Assembly: GCA_963828735.1 (NCBI GenBank)
Contig: CAWHFW010000001.1
Location: forward strand, 165,495 to 229,494
DNA from: an uncultured Gemmatimonadales bacterium
GTDB taxonomy: Bacteria > Gemmatimonadota > Gemmatimonadetes > Gemmatimonadales > GWC2-71-9
DNA: 64,000 nt
Reading direction: 5' to 3'
The notes under the pieces are model-generated. The model was not told the DNA's origin. It worked only from the letters and a program-made list of their open reading frames with translations, and ran no database searches. Below, piece by piece: positions 33,290-43,639 of the stretch; position 1 is the stretch's first letter; every line of letters begins with the position of its first letter. The translations under genes and the position numbers were made by a program.

Positions 33290-35326
33290 TTACGGGCTGG
33301 TCACCGTCCCGTTGTTGCTGATGGTCAGAGTGGAGTGCTCCAGGCAGGTTGCCGGGATGCTCTTCTGGCCTGGATTGGTGCTGGTGTAGGTGACGCGCCA
33401 CGACACCGCGGCCGCGGTCGTGGAGACCGTGGTGTTCGTCGTCGCCACCGTCTGCGGGGAGGCCCCGCTGACCGGGACGTCCTGGTTGTAGATCGAGGAT
33501 CCCGAGCAGTTGGCGCTCTCGAAGGCCTCGAACTTGACGCTGCCCGCGAGGTTCCCGCCCGAGGGAGCGGACACGGTCGCCGAGTCGTTCGGGATGAACG
33601 ACTGCGCCGTTGTCATCGACGAGGGCACGGAGACGACCACCACGTCCTCGTTCGTGTCCGTGCAGTCGGTGTTGTGCGACGTTGCGTTGGTGTTGGGCAG
33701 ATTGCCGCTGTAGCTCGCCGCCCAGTGGTAGGTGCCGGGTGCGGTCGGCGTGAAGCTCACCGGCCCGTAGGTGCCGTTTCCGCTCACCGCGACCGCGCTC
33801 GAGGTGAACGCGACCGTGCGTGCAGTTGTCCGGCCCGTAGCAGGGTGAACGTGATCGTCCCGCCCGCCGGACCACCGGCGGTCGTCGGGTTGATCGCCGG
33901 CGTGCCGGGCTGGTTCGCCGTACCGGACAGCGCCGCCGTGTCGGTGATCGGGTTACCCGAGCACCACGTCCGGCACCGGCGGTGGTGGCCAGCGTCGGTG
34001 TCACCGGGGTGACGGTGAAGCACTCGTTCTCACCGTTGTCGTCTCCGTCCGGGACTCCGGTCGTGTTCGAGGTGAAGTGCGACGACCAGCAGTAGTGGCC
34101 GGCCGCGGTGAAGGTGGCGTTATTCGACGAGACGGTCGGCGTGCGTGTTGCTCACCGCGACCGGGCCGCCGATGGTCGTCGTCACCTCGTTGGGTGCACC
34201 GATCGGGCCGCGCACGGAGAACTGGACGTGCCGCTCCAGGTGCTGACGCCGGTGACCGTGACGGTCGCGGAGTCATGGCCGGTGACCGACCCGGTGCCGA
34301 TCGAGGTCGTCCCGCCGCTGACGCTCGTTGCGAGGTCACGGCCGAGCCGCAGGTGCCGAAGCCGCCGAGCACGAAGTCCTTCAGCGTCGCGGTGGTCGAC
34401 GTCGACGCTCGCGACTCGGACGCCACCGAGGAGAAGCACTTGTCGCCGAGGCCGAGCGCCGTCAGGTTGACACCGCCCTCGAAGAACTCGCCCTGCAGGT
34501 AGGTGGTGTTGCCGCTCTTGTCCGTGAACGGCCACGGCGCCGTCGTGCCGTTGGTCGGGTTGACGATGCCGCAGAACTGGTCGTTCGCGCTGCGCTGGCG
34601 CAGTTGGCGTTGGTCGACGTCGCCCTTGATCCGCAGGTTCGCGTCACCGCACGTCCCGACCGTGCTACCGGTCGTCTTCGTGCAGGTCGGATCCCACGCG
34701 TAGACGGTGATCGTCGACGTCGCGCCGCCGTTGCTGAAGTCGGTGACCACCAGCACGTCGCCGTTCTTGTGCACGCCGGTGAAGCCGGTGCCGCCGCCGA
34801 CGCTGTTGTTGCCGAGGCCGATCGAGTTCTGGAAGAACCAGAACCCCTGCTGCGCGTCGCCGCTGTTGTCGAAGCGGTCCGAGCCGAAGAACAGCACCTC
34901 ACCTTCGGCTCGTCGTAGTACCGCGCCGCGAAGCTGTGCAGCAGGTTGTCCTTGTCGGGCAGCCCGCCCGCGCCGTCCTTCCAGGCCCACTGGTTGACGT
35001 CCTGCGGGTCCTTGGAGCCGCCGCCGGTGAAGATCGTGGCGTTCGGGTTCGGCTCCGACGACCCAGTCGACCGCGGTCGCGCCGTTCGTGTCGCTGGTCG
35101 TCGAGCAGTCGGTCGCTAGCACCTGGTGACAGACGTTGTCCCAGTCGTCGCCCAGCACTGCAGGGTCGTTGGTCGCGTTGCCGTCGAGCTCGAACGCGCC
35201 GGTGTCGTGAACAGCGGCCGCGCCCCCGATCCACATCAGCGCAGCGGCCGTCACCAAGAGAATAGGCACGATCAAGAAGCGGCGCCTCCGCCTGCTTCTC
35301 GCCGGGCCGAGAATGCGCACAGCCAT
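33290..35326 (-). CDS. Large secreted Thr/Gly/Ser-rich protein with Ig-like repeats (several frameshifts)
   Basis: Signal-like start MAVRILG...AAAVHDTGAFELDGN, FFGSDRFDNSGDA..GFWFFQ, GTYHWAASYSG; pieced from ORFs in different frames. Confidence 0.7.
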
Positions 35327-35541
35327 TACTCCCCCGTCCTTTTCGAAGTACGAGGAGACACTCGAGTGCCAGCTGTAGTCGGAGGCTCCCCCAAGCGCCT
35401 CTCGTGTCCACACAATAGTACTCCGCCTGCCCAATGACATCAACCCCGGGAGGCGAAGTCGACGACCTGTAACCGCAACTATCTTATGAACACAAGAGAC
35501 GAACTGAACGCTGAACTAGACGACGTGGTGCCTAGCCCTAT

Positions 35542-35663
35542 GGCCAGATCCCACCGGCCGAGTACGAGGCGATCTACTACCGTCACCAAGAAAGCTCAGG
35601 CCAGCAGGCCGAGTCTCAAACCAAACAGTACTGCGCAGCCTGCATGAAACCCGGAGCGGTTCA
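35542..35663 (+). mobile_element. IS3-family right-end remnant
   Basis: OrfB-like tail GQIPPAEYEAIYY followed by terminal repeat gaaacccggagcggttCA. Confidence 0.7.
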
Positions 35664-35877
35664 CCTTCGTCGACCTGACTAGACGGGGTCGGGTGCCGCC
35701 CCCGGCGTCCAGCGGCGTTCCACCAGGCCCCGTTCCTCGAAAGCGCGACCGGCGGGGAGGGCGGGGCGCACTTGCCGCGTCCAACGAGTTGCTGTGCTAG
35801 ATGAGTTCGGGCGGGAAGGTGGAAGGCCCGCCGGAGCGGGCCTTCCTAGTACGTCGAAGCTCGTTAGACGGTTACGT

Positions 35878-37491
35878 TCACGGTACGAGGGCGTAGTAGT
35901 CGTCCTCGGTTGCGATGCCGTTGTTTGGCGTCGAGTCCGGGTCTGGGAGTGATGAGGCGACGACCTGGAACGATCCTGCCCCGGCGCCAACAGTAGAGCC
36001 GACGACGTTTGTGCAAGCGAGGACGATGGGGGAGCCGGACTCGCCACTAGCGAGCGTCTGAGAATAGTGGCCGAAGAATATTTGGGTCCAGCCGACGGCT
36101 GGTTGAACGGTTAGGAACCCAAGCGAACAGATGGCGTCGACCGTGACGAGTGTCGTCCCAGGGCCTCTGTTGGTCACCGTCACCTCATGGGTGTCGGGCC
36201 CCGTAAGAAACCGTCCGGTAACCTCGACGTCCGCGGTGCCGACCGCGATCGAGACCGTCGCCGCGATCGACGTGGCTTGCGCGTCGCTGACGGTGAAGGT
36301 GAACGAGTCAGGCCCGGCGTAGCCCGCGTCCGGCGTGTAGGTCAAGTTCGGCGCCGTGCCTGAGAGGGTGCCGTGCGCGGGCGAGCTGGCGACGCCGTAA
36401 GTGAGCGGGTCGCCGTCAGGATCGGACCCGGTCAACGTAATGGCCGTCGCGGTGTCCTCGTCGGTCGACACCGACTGGCTGTCGGCGACCGGCGATTCGT
36501 TGGGTGCCGGAGCAACCGTGATCGTCACCGTCCCAGTGCCCGTGAGAGGGTCGGCCGGGTCGTCGTCGACGACCGTGTACGTGAACGAAGCGGTGCCGAC
36601 AAAGCCCGCGTCCGGCGTGTACGTGACCGTGTTCGCGGCCAGCGACACCGTCCCGTGCGTGTCGGGTCCTGCGGTGACCGACACCACGGTCAGGACCTGG
36701 GCCGACTCCGAGGGCGGCCCGGCGACGTCGTTCGCGAGCAAGGCCACCGTGTTGATCGTGAGCAGGTGGTTCGCGGTCGCCGCCGCGTCGGCCCCCGCCA
36801 CCGGCGGGTCGTTCACCGGGTCTACCGTGATCGACACCGTCGCCGCGTTCGAGCTGGCAGTCCCGTCTCTGGCGGTGAAGGTGAACGAGTCAGTCCCGAA
36901 GTAGTCCGCGGCAGGCGTGTAGGTCAGGTTCGGCGCTGTGCCTGAGAGGGTGCCGTGCGCGGGCGAGCTGGCGACGCCGTAGGTGAGCGGGTCGCCGTCA
37001 GGATCGGACCCAGTCAGCGTAATGGCCGTCGCGGTGTCCTCGTCGGTCGACACCGACTGGCTGTTGGCGACCGGTGCGCGGTTCACAGCGACGGTGAAGA
37101 GTCGGCTCGCCGTATAGACGCCGCCCCCGGTCAGGGTGAGGGTGACCGTGAACGTGTAGGCGCCATTGGCAAGGCCCGTGTAGAACTTGCCCGACTTCGA
37201 GTCGGTCTTCGAGTTCGACGGGAACGAGACCGGCGCATTGCACGGACCCGACGACGTCGCCTGCCCGGAGAGAGCACAGGTCACGGTCGCGACCTGCTTC
37301 GGAGTCCGGTTGAACGTGAACGCCAAGCTCACGTCACCGTTCGGCAAAGCCGCGTCTTCAGTCGGCGACGGTGAGACGAACCTGATCACCGGGTTGTTCG
37401 GGCTGCTCGGCGGCTTCCCCGCTGCCGACGCGAGTGCAGCTACTCCAAGCGCCGCGATGGCCGCGAGCACGACGAACAGAATCCTTCGCAT
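35878..37491 (-). CDS. Secreted Ig-like (Big_9/tandem-95/cadherin-like) repeat protein
   Basis: Signal peptide MRRILFVVLA; two near-identical PVA(N/D)SQSVSTDEDT...PAHGTLSGTAPNLTYTP units; PDPDSTPNN tail. Confidence 0.85.
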   Translation of the reverse strand: MRRILFVVLAAIAALGVAALASAAGKPPSSPNNPVIRFVSPSPTEDAALPNGDVSLAFTFNRTPKQVATVTCALSGQATSSGPCNAPVSFPSNSKTDSKSGKFYTGLANGAYTFTVTLTLTGGGVYTASRLFTVAVNRAPVANSQSVSTDEDTATAITLTGSDPDGDPLTYGVASSPAHGTLSGTAPNLTYTPAADYFGTDSFTFTARDGTASSNAATVSITVDPVNDPPVAGADAAATANHLLTINTVALLANDVAGPPSESAQVLTVVSVTAGPDTHGTVSLAANTVTYTPDAGFVGTASFTYTVVDDDPADPLTGTGTVTITVAPAPNESPVADSQSVSTDEDTATAITLTGSDPDGDPLTYGVASSPAHGTLSGTAPNLTYTPDAGYAGPDSFTFTVSDAQATSIAATVSIAVGTADVEVTGRFLTGPDTHEVTVTNRGPGTTLVTVDAICSLGFLTVQPAVGWTQIFFGHYSQTLASGESGSPIVLACTNVVGSTVGAGAGSFQVVASSLPDPDSTPNNGIATEDDYYALVP

Positions 37492-38156
37492 GAAGCGATC
37501 CTCCCCCTCCGTTGGTTTCGCCAAAGGCGCCCCCCCAAAACCAAGGCCGCGGCGCGACCCTACAGGGCGTAGGCATCGGATGCCACCCCCGGCGACGATC
37601 GACGCCCGGCGCAGCCCTGCTCGTCACGGGACCGAGCCAGCGGTCTCGAACCTCGCCGACGCCTTCGAGACCAACCCGCGAACAGCCCCCCGAACCAAGC
37701 CCCGGCACTTCTACGACATCGAGGGGGGCGGGTCGTGGCCGTTCGAGCGTTCGACAAGGTGAAGTCCGGCCATTCGTTGCGCTAGGCGAGGGTGTGAAAC
37801 TCCCGCTCCGCGCACACCGGGCAGTCGAACACTGCTTCGTCCTGGCCGTCGCCATCGAGATCGGCTAGGTACGCCTCCCAGCCCCATGCGTCCCCCTCGG
37901 CATCGATCTTGCATCCTGACACCTCACGCCGCCGATGATGACGGGTCGGGCCAGAGGAGCGGTGCGGAGTCTGCTCGGGCGCGCGGATCTCGGCGGCCCA
38001 AACAACCTGGCGTACAGCCACAGCGGGGTCGACGGTGAGGCGACGTCGCCGGAGGACGCTACTCGACACATCTTCACCGGCTTCGTCGGCCCGTAGCGTT
38101 CGCGCGGGAGGCTAACGCTCGGTCGCGGTGGTCTCGGCCCGTCGCGGAGGAAGAGC

Positions 38157-38273
38157 TGCGCGAGAGACTCGCCCCGAGGATCGAGCCTCCCGCGCAGTAC
38201 CGCGAGTCCGCGCAGGTCCCCATCTGCACGGGGGTACGCCGTAGCCCAGACATGGCTTCGGCACCGGACTCGC
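38157..38273 (-). ncRNA. Candidate structured small RNA, copy 3 (with 3' hairpin)
   Basis: Core 38202-38273, perfect stem GCGAGUCCG/CGGACUCGC; 15-bp 3' hairpin 38157-38196; -10 TACCGT 6 nt upstream. Confidence 0.55.
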
Positions 38274-38365
38274 ATGATCACGGTAGGTGCGGGCGTACTA
38301 ACCCCAAGGTCTCGGCCCACACCCGCACCACTCGCCGCCGCAAACCCGCATTGCTCCATCGGTCG

Positions 38366-39517
38366 TCAGACGGGTTCGAAGGTCGTGCGCAATGTCTGGG
38401 TGCTCCCGCTCTCCGCTGCTCGGTAGCCGCTCTCGACGATGTCGATTACATGCCGCGCGTGCTCCGGAGTGGCGGCCGTCGGTACGCCCTCGCGAACGAG
38501 GCGGACGAGTTGCATGACGTCTTCAAAAACGTGGGCTTCGGGAATGTCGCGGTGCGCTCCGATGACGTGAGGCAGCACGTGCATCTGCGCGTCCCAGTCC
38601 GCTGTCGGCGCGTGGATGGTGAGCTCGCGACGCTCGAAGTCGAATGGTTCGCCATTCAGTTCGAGGCCGACGATTGCGCCCTGTGTCCCGTAGTAGCCGG
38701 CGGCGGCGAAGTCTTCGATGATCGTGCCAGCCGACGCCGATCCATAGGCCACGGCGAACGCACCCTCACCGAAATCGAGCAGCAAGATCGTGTTGTCGTC
38801 GGCCTCGACCTCGATCTCGCGTCCGAGAAACGTGCGCACCGGCACGACCTGACCCGATAGCGCCGTGACCTTGCGCGCCGGTCCCAGCACCGTCGTCAAC
38901 TGGTGCAGCGCATAAACGGTCATGTCGTACATCGGTCCGCCGCCAGGCTTGCGGAAGTACCATGCGGGGTCGATCGGAACCTCTCCCGACGCTACGAGCC
39001 GCTCCGGCTCGTCAGTCTCGTGGTAAGTGCCGAAAGCGCACCCGCACACCGCAAGTGCGAGCTTTCCGATCGCGCCATCTGCTATGAGCTCGCGGATGCG
39101 GCGCAACTGGGGTCGCAGCGCCTCACCCGGTGAGGCCACGAGCGCCAGCCTACGTGCGCCCGCCAATTCGATCAGGTCGTCGGCCTCTGCGACCGTGGTC
39201 GCGAGGGTCTTGTTGACGTGGACGTGCGCTCCGGCCTCGAGCGCGAGGCGCACGTGCGCGTGGTGTAGCCCGATCGGCGAGGCCACCGAGACGGCGTCGA
39301 TGCCGCCGGCGGCCAGCATTGTCTCGAGATCAGCGAATGCGTTCGGAACCCCAAAGCGCTGGGCGGCCACAGCCGCTCGGCCGGGGACAGGATCGCAGAC
39401 AGCGCGTACGACGACGCGGTCCTGGACATCGGGCTGAGTGAGGTGCGGCAACAGACCCCGCAGCGCCAGCGCTCCGGTGCCGATGATGCCGAGGCGGAGT
39501 GGAGCGGTCGTGCTCAT
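38366..39517 (-). CDS. Gfo/Idh/MocA family oxidoreductase
   Basis: GIIGTG, ASPIGLH, GGGPMYDMTVY. Confidence 0.88.
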   Translation of the reverse strand: MSTTAPLRLGIIGTGALALRGLLPHLTQPDVQDRVVVRAVCDPVPGRAAVAAQRFGVPNAFADLETMLAAGGIDAVSVASPIGLHHAHVRLALEAGAHVHVNKTLATTVAEADDLIELAGARRLALVASPGEALRPQLRRIRELIADGAIGKLALAVCGCAFGTYHETDEPERLVASGEVPIDPAWYFRKPGGGPMYDMTVYALHQLTTVLGPARKVTALSGQVVPVRTFLGREIEVEADDNTILLLDFGEGAFAVAYGSASAGTIIEDFAAAGYYGTQGAIVGLELNGEPFDFERRELTIHAPTADWDAQMHVLPHVIGAHRDIPEAHVFEDVMQLVRLVREGVPTAATPEHARHVIDIVESGYRAAESGSTQTLRTTFEPV

Positions 39518-40596
39518 GCCGGGACGTCCTCCTCGTGTGCGACCTCGACCGTGCTCCGCTCCGCGGCCGACCGACGAGCCGCCTGGATCACTGCCAGTAC
39601 GTGGATGGCGCGGTCGGCCGTGAGCGAGACCTCGCCGCTACCGCCGATCACGTCAACCAGTTGCTCGACGCCGAGCAGGTGATCCGGCCCAGCCTCGCGC
39701 GCGTTTGCGACATCCGTCTCGATCCACTCTCCGTCACTGAACACGCGCACCGGTTCCGCGACGTCGAGCAGACTCAATGCAAGCGTGCCCGCGTCGCCTC
39801 GGATCTCGAGTTCCGGCGCGGCAGTCGCTTGGGCACAGAAGTTGGCCTCGATGAACGCCAGGCAGTCGTCCTCCAGCTCAAGCATCAGCTGCCAGTTGTC
39901 GTCCACATCAACTGGCACGCGCAATCCCGCGTGTGGACCCTCATCGACCACGAAAGAATCCCGGGTGCGGGAGCTCAGCGCAGTCACGCGACGCACGGGC
40001 GCGATCAGACCGACAACGGCGGCCAGCGGATAGACCGCCATGTCCACGAGCGGCCCACCGGCTGCCGAGAAGAACGGCGACGGATCGGAGGAGTAACCCT
40101 CCCAGGGCGGTGCGCCTCCGAAAGCCGACCCGCGAACGGAGCTCGGGCTTCCGATCGCCCCCGATGCGAGCACCGCAGCCGCATGCACGACCTGCGGAAA
40201 GAGCATCACGCACGGAGCGCAGACGAGCGCCAGCCCTCGCGCGGCGGCAGCATCGCGCAGTGCTCGCGCCTCGGCGACTCCACCCGCGAGCGGCTTCTCG
40301 GTGTAGACGTGCTTGCCCGCTGCGAGCGCGGCGAGCGTGACTTCGCCGTGGAGACCGATCGGCGTCAAGTTGAGAACGGCATCAACCGCGGAGTCCGCGA
40401 GCAGGTCGACGTAGCCGGCGTATGCGCGGGCGCCGGCGTAGCGGGCTGCGGCATCTCGGGCACGCCCGCCGTCGCCGGAGGCGACGGCGATCACCTCCGC
40501 GCGGCCGGCGAGCCGCCCGAACTCGGGGAAGTAATCGCGCAACGCGACGTCACCCACGCCGATAACCCCGAGCCCGACTGGCGCGGCGACGCTCAT
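39514..40596 (-). CDS. Gfo/Idh/MocA family oxidoreductase
   Basis: GVIGVG, GKHVYTEKP, GGPLVDMAVY. Confidence 0.88.
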   Translation of the reverse strand: MSVAAPVGLGVIGVGDVALRDYFPEFGRLAGRAEVIAVASGDGGRARDAAARYAGARAYAGYVDLLADSAVDAVLNLTPIGLHGEVTLAALAAGKHVYTEKPLAGGVAEARALRDAAAARGLALVCAPCVMLFPQVVHAAAVLASGAIGSPSSVRGSAFGGAPPWEGYSSDPSPFFSAAGGPLVDMAVYPLAAVVGLIAPVRRVTALSSRTRDSFVVDEGPHAGLRVPVDVDDNWQLMLELEDDCLAFIEANFCAQATAAPELEIRGDAGTLALSLLDVAEPVRVFSDGEWIETDVANAREAGPDHLLGVEQLVDVIGGSGEVSLTADRAIHVLAVIQAARRSAAERSTVEVAHEEDVPA

Positions 40597-40831
40597 ACCG
40601 CCGCCTCCAGGCGGCAACGAGCGAACCGCAACGGACGAGCACGAACTAGAGCATCACTCACGTCGACCCTCCCGATTGTTCACCTTCGCATCCGCGTCGC
40701 TGATCGACGGGTGCGACGCTACCAGCCTCAGGCCGCGAGCCGCGTCACGGCCGGGCCATGACCTCCGGAGTCGCCTGCCAGCGGTTGCCAGCACTTCCCA
40801 CTCACCTGTCGAGTGGAGGAACACCCGTCGA

Positions 40832-42058
40832 CTACTGAAAGTAGATCTCATCGCTACTTGCCAGGGCGTTCGCAACGTCTCGCGCGGACGAGAACCGTCC
40901 TTCGAAGCGGTCGACGCGGAACGCTCCCAGATCTATAAAGGGAGTCCCCGAAGCGATGAGCTCTGCCATGGCGCGCCCGAAACCTGGGGCGTGAGTCACG
41001 CCTGATTCGTTGTCGCCCGTGAGTATGTAGAGCCCTTGGATGTTCGGCGAGGGCCCGATCAGCGCGCGGAGGTCGGGTGTGTAACACGGGGCCCCTTGGG
41101 CCATGGTGAAGTCTCGACAGTGTGCAAGGGCCGGGATCGCAGCAGCGAGTTGCTCCCACGTGCGCAGCGTTGCGAAGAGCCCGTCCATTGGCATGTGCTC
41201 GACGCGCTTTGGGAGCGGGTCGACATCCAGCAAGGCGTTGCGATGCGCTCCGCCGTAGGTGCACCCCCACAACAGGCGGCCATCATGCTCGCGGAGCCAG
41301 GCATGAGCAAACTCAGGGAACAGCAACATGGGCATCGTGCTTGGCACCGCGAGCGGCTCCGTCGTGATGCGGAGAGCGCCAAGGGGCGCGTACGGGAGGA
41401 ACTGGGCCTGGCGCTCCAGCAGCGCGTTGGTCCACATCGCGGTAGCAAGGACAACCGTGTCGGTTCGGACCCGTCCTCGCGAAGTCGCTACGCCGATCAC
41501 ACGACCCTGCTGAACGAGGAGCTCGGTAACCGGGCGGCGCACTTCAATGCGACCTCCCTGCGCGGCCAGACGTCGAGCAGCCGCGCGTACCGCGTCACGC
41601 GCTGTGATCTGAATGCCCTCGGAGTGGAACACGGCGCGAGTGTGGGCGCCGGCTCGCACGATGCCGGTCATCTGCTCGATCTCGCTAGGACCCAGCACCC
41701 GCCGACCGTGGACCGCTTCGCAGTTGGCCAACGGCAAGAGGAACTCGTCCCAACCCTGCGCAGTTGTCGCGATGAACATCGTGCCGTTGCAGCGCTACGC
41801 GAAGCTGTTGTCCGTCTCGTTCAGTGCGGTGTAGAACTCCATCCCGTATCGCTCGCAGGCAAGCTCCTCGGCGCCCCACTGGACGACCCATCCCCCTGCC
41901 CACTGCGCGATGAAACCGGCTCCGCAGGTGCTCGTGGCCTGGGCAATATCGTCCCTTTCCAGGAGAAGGACGTCGACTCCCTGCCGGTTCAGGTGGTAGG
42001 CGCACGACACGCCAAGCGCCCCTCCACCGACGACGACGACATCTGCGGCTTCGGTCAT
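40832..42058 (-). pseudogene. FAD-dependent oxidoreductase (DAO/sarcosine oxidase-like) with in-frame TAG at 41795-41797
   Basis: GGGALG...LLER, YTPDLRALIG; the two ORFs share a frame and are separated by one stop. Confidence 0.75.
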
Positions 42059-43101
42059 GCCGACCGCCTCTTCGCCGCCCTGATCACCGCCGCCTCGTCG
42101 ATCGCAACTCCGAGGCCCGGGCCGTCGGGTCGGTTGAAGCGGCCGCCTTCGACCTGCCCGAACGGACTCGACACATAGTCGGGCACGGCGCCGACGGCCG
42201 TCGCGCTCCAGCCCTGGCCGAGGACGTTCGCCGTCGCGAAGCCCACCTGGAGCGACGCCGCGACCGCCAGCGGCCCGTTATTCGACGCGAGCGAGACCGC
42301 TATCTGATGCGTCTCGGCGAGCGCGGCTAACCGGCGCGTCTCGGAAATCCCGCCCGCGGTCGCGACATCGAGGTCAATGCCCGCGAGGCCGGTCGCGAGC
42401 ACCGGTCTCAGGTCCCAGCGTGAGTAGACATGGCGGCCGACGCTGAGCGGAACGCCGCTCCGCTCCGCGAGGTCCGCAAGCACGTGCGGCGGCGCGCCCC
42501 GGACCGGCTCGTTGAGCATCGCAAGCCGAGAGGGCTCGAGGAGCGGCAAGAGCTGCCGGGCGGCCGCTAATGACAACTGTCCGGCGCAGTCGACTGCGAG
42601 TTCATGCTCGGGGCCGATCGCCGAGCGCACCGCCTCGACGAGCTCGACCAGCGCGGGGCCACGGGCCGTGCTCGTCCGGGGTCGCAGCGTGAAAGCGGTA
42701 AAGCTCATCGCGACACGCTCGCGCGCTTCGTCGGCGTCTCCGACCGACGCGAATGCACGGAGGGTGTCGCACACCGGCCCGCCGACCAGTTCATGCACGG
42801 GAGCCCCGTGCGCATGGCCGGCGATGTCCCACAGCGCTGAGTCGATGGCAGCGGCCGCGCTCGACTGGATCGACCCGCCGCGGAAGAACCCGACCTTCCG
42901 CACTGTCTGCCAGTGGTGCTCGATCTGGCGAGGGGAGGTTCCGACGAGGAACTCCGCCAGCTCGCTCACGGCAGCAGCCACGGTGAGCTGGTGAGCACGC
43001 GCTCCGGCTTCGCCCCAGCCCGTGATCCCCTCATCGGTCCGGATCCGCACGAAGAGCCAGCCCGGCGGAACCTGGAACGAATCGACGGCGGTGATCTTCA
43101 C
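42055..43101 (-). CDS. Enolase-superfamily (DgoD/mandelate racemase-like) protein with degenerate active site
   Basis: WLFVRIRTDEGITGWGE, IDSALWDI, PGLGVAIDE. Confidence 0.8.
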   Translation of the reverse strand: MKITAVDSFQVPPGWLFVRIRTDEGITGWGEAGARAHQLTVAAAVSELAEFLVGTSPRQIEHHWQTVRKVGFFRGGSIQSSAAAAIDSALWDIAGHAHGAPVHELVGGPVCDTLRAFASVGDADEARERVAMSFTAFTLRPRTSTARGPALVELVEAVRSAIGPEHELAVDCAGQLSLAAARQLLPLLEPSRLAMLNEPVRGAPPHVLADLAERSGVPLSVGRHVYSRWDLRPVLATGLAGIDLDVATAGGISETRRLAALAETHQIAVSLASNNGPLAVAASLQVGFATANVLGQGWSATAVGAVPDYVSSPFGQVEGGRFNRPDGPGLGVAIDEAAVIRAAKRRSA

Positions 43102-43637
43102 TGCTCGCTTCCGTTTCCCAGGCGAAGCTCGAGCAACTCCGGTCCGCCCGGTTGCGGGTAATCGTCCGGCCTGAGATCCGGGACCGCTGCGAGCAGCTCG
43201 CGCGTGTAGCCGTCCTGTGGCGATGCGAAGAGCTCCTCGCGGCTCGCGATCTCTCTCACTTCTCCGGCGTGCATGACGATGACGCGGTCGCTGATCGCAC
43301 GCACGACCGCGAGATCGTGAGTGATGAAGATGATCCCCATGTCGGTGGAGGTCTGCAACTCCCTGAGCAGCTCGAGGATGTTCGCCTGAACCGCGACGTC
43401 GAGCGCGGATGTCACCTCGTCGCAGATCAGAACCTCGGGCTCGGCGGCGAGGGCGCGAGCGAGCGCCACGCGCTGCTTCTCACCGCCGCTCAACTCGCGT
43501 GGGAGACGCGATGCCATGGAGGCCGGAAGCCGCATCCTCGCCAGCAAGTCGGAGACGCGTGCCGTCTCTTCTCGCCGGCTCAACTGGAAGAATTGCTTCA
43601 GCGGTCGCTTGATCAGCGAGCCCACAGTCATACTCGG
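43098..43637 (-). CDS. Oligopeptide-type ABC transporter ATP-binding protein, C-terminal fragment cut at the junction
   Basis: LSGGEKQR, CDEVTSALD, ITHDL, YTRELL; no Walker A before the junction. Confidence 0.85.
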   Translation of the reverse strand, partial: PSMTVGSLIKRPLKQFFQLSRREETARVSDLLARMRLPASMASRLPRELSGGEKQRVALARALAAEPEVLICDEVTSALDVAVQANILELLRELQTSTDMGIIFITHDLAVVRAISDRVIVMHAGEVREIASREELFASPQDGYTRELLAAVPDLRPDDYPQPGGPELLELRLGNGSEQ

Positions 43638-43639
43638 GC

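Noticed and set aside
36290..37080. Near-identical direct repeat
   Set aside because: Duplicated Ig-like domain within one CDS
28357..38295. Triple repeat as tRNA, integron attC sites or CRISPR
   Set aside because: No T-loop or anticodon arm, no RYYYAAC/GTTRRRY boxes or integron integrase, and copies are kilobases apart
41795..41797. Amber recoding (pyrrolysine or alternative code)
   Set aside because: TAG ends other genes normally and no pyl genes are visible; mutation or base error is simpler
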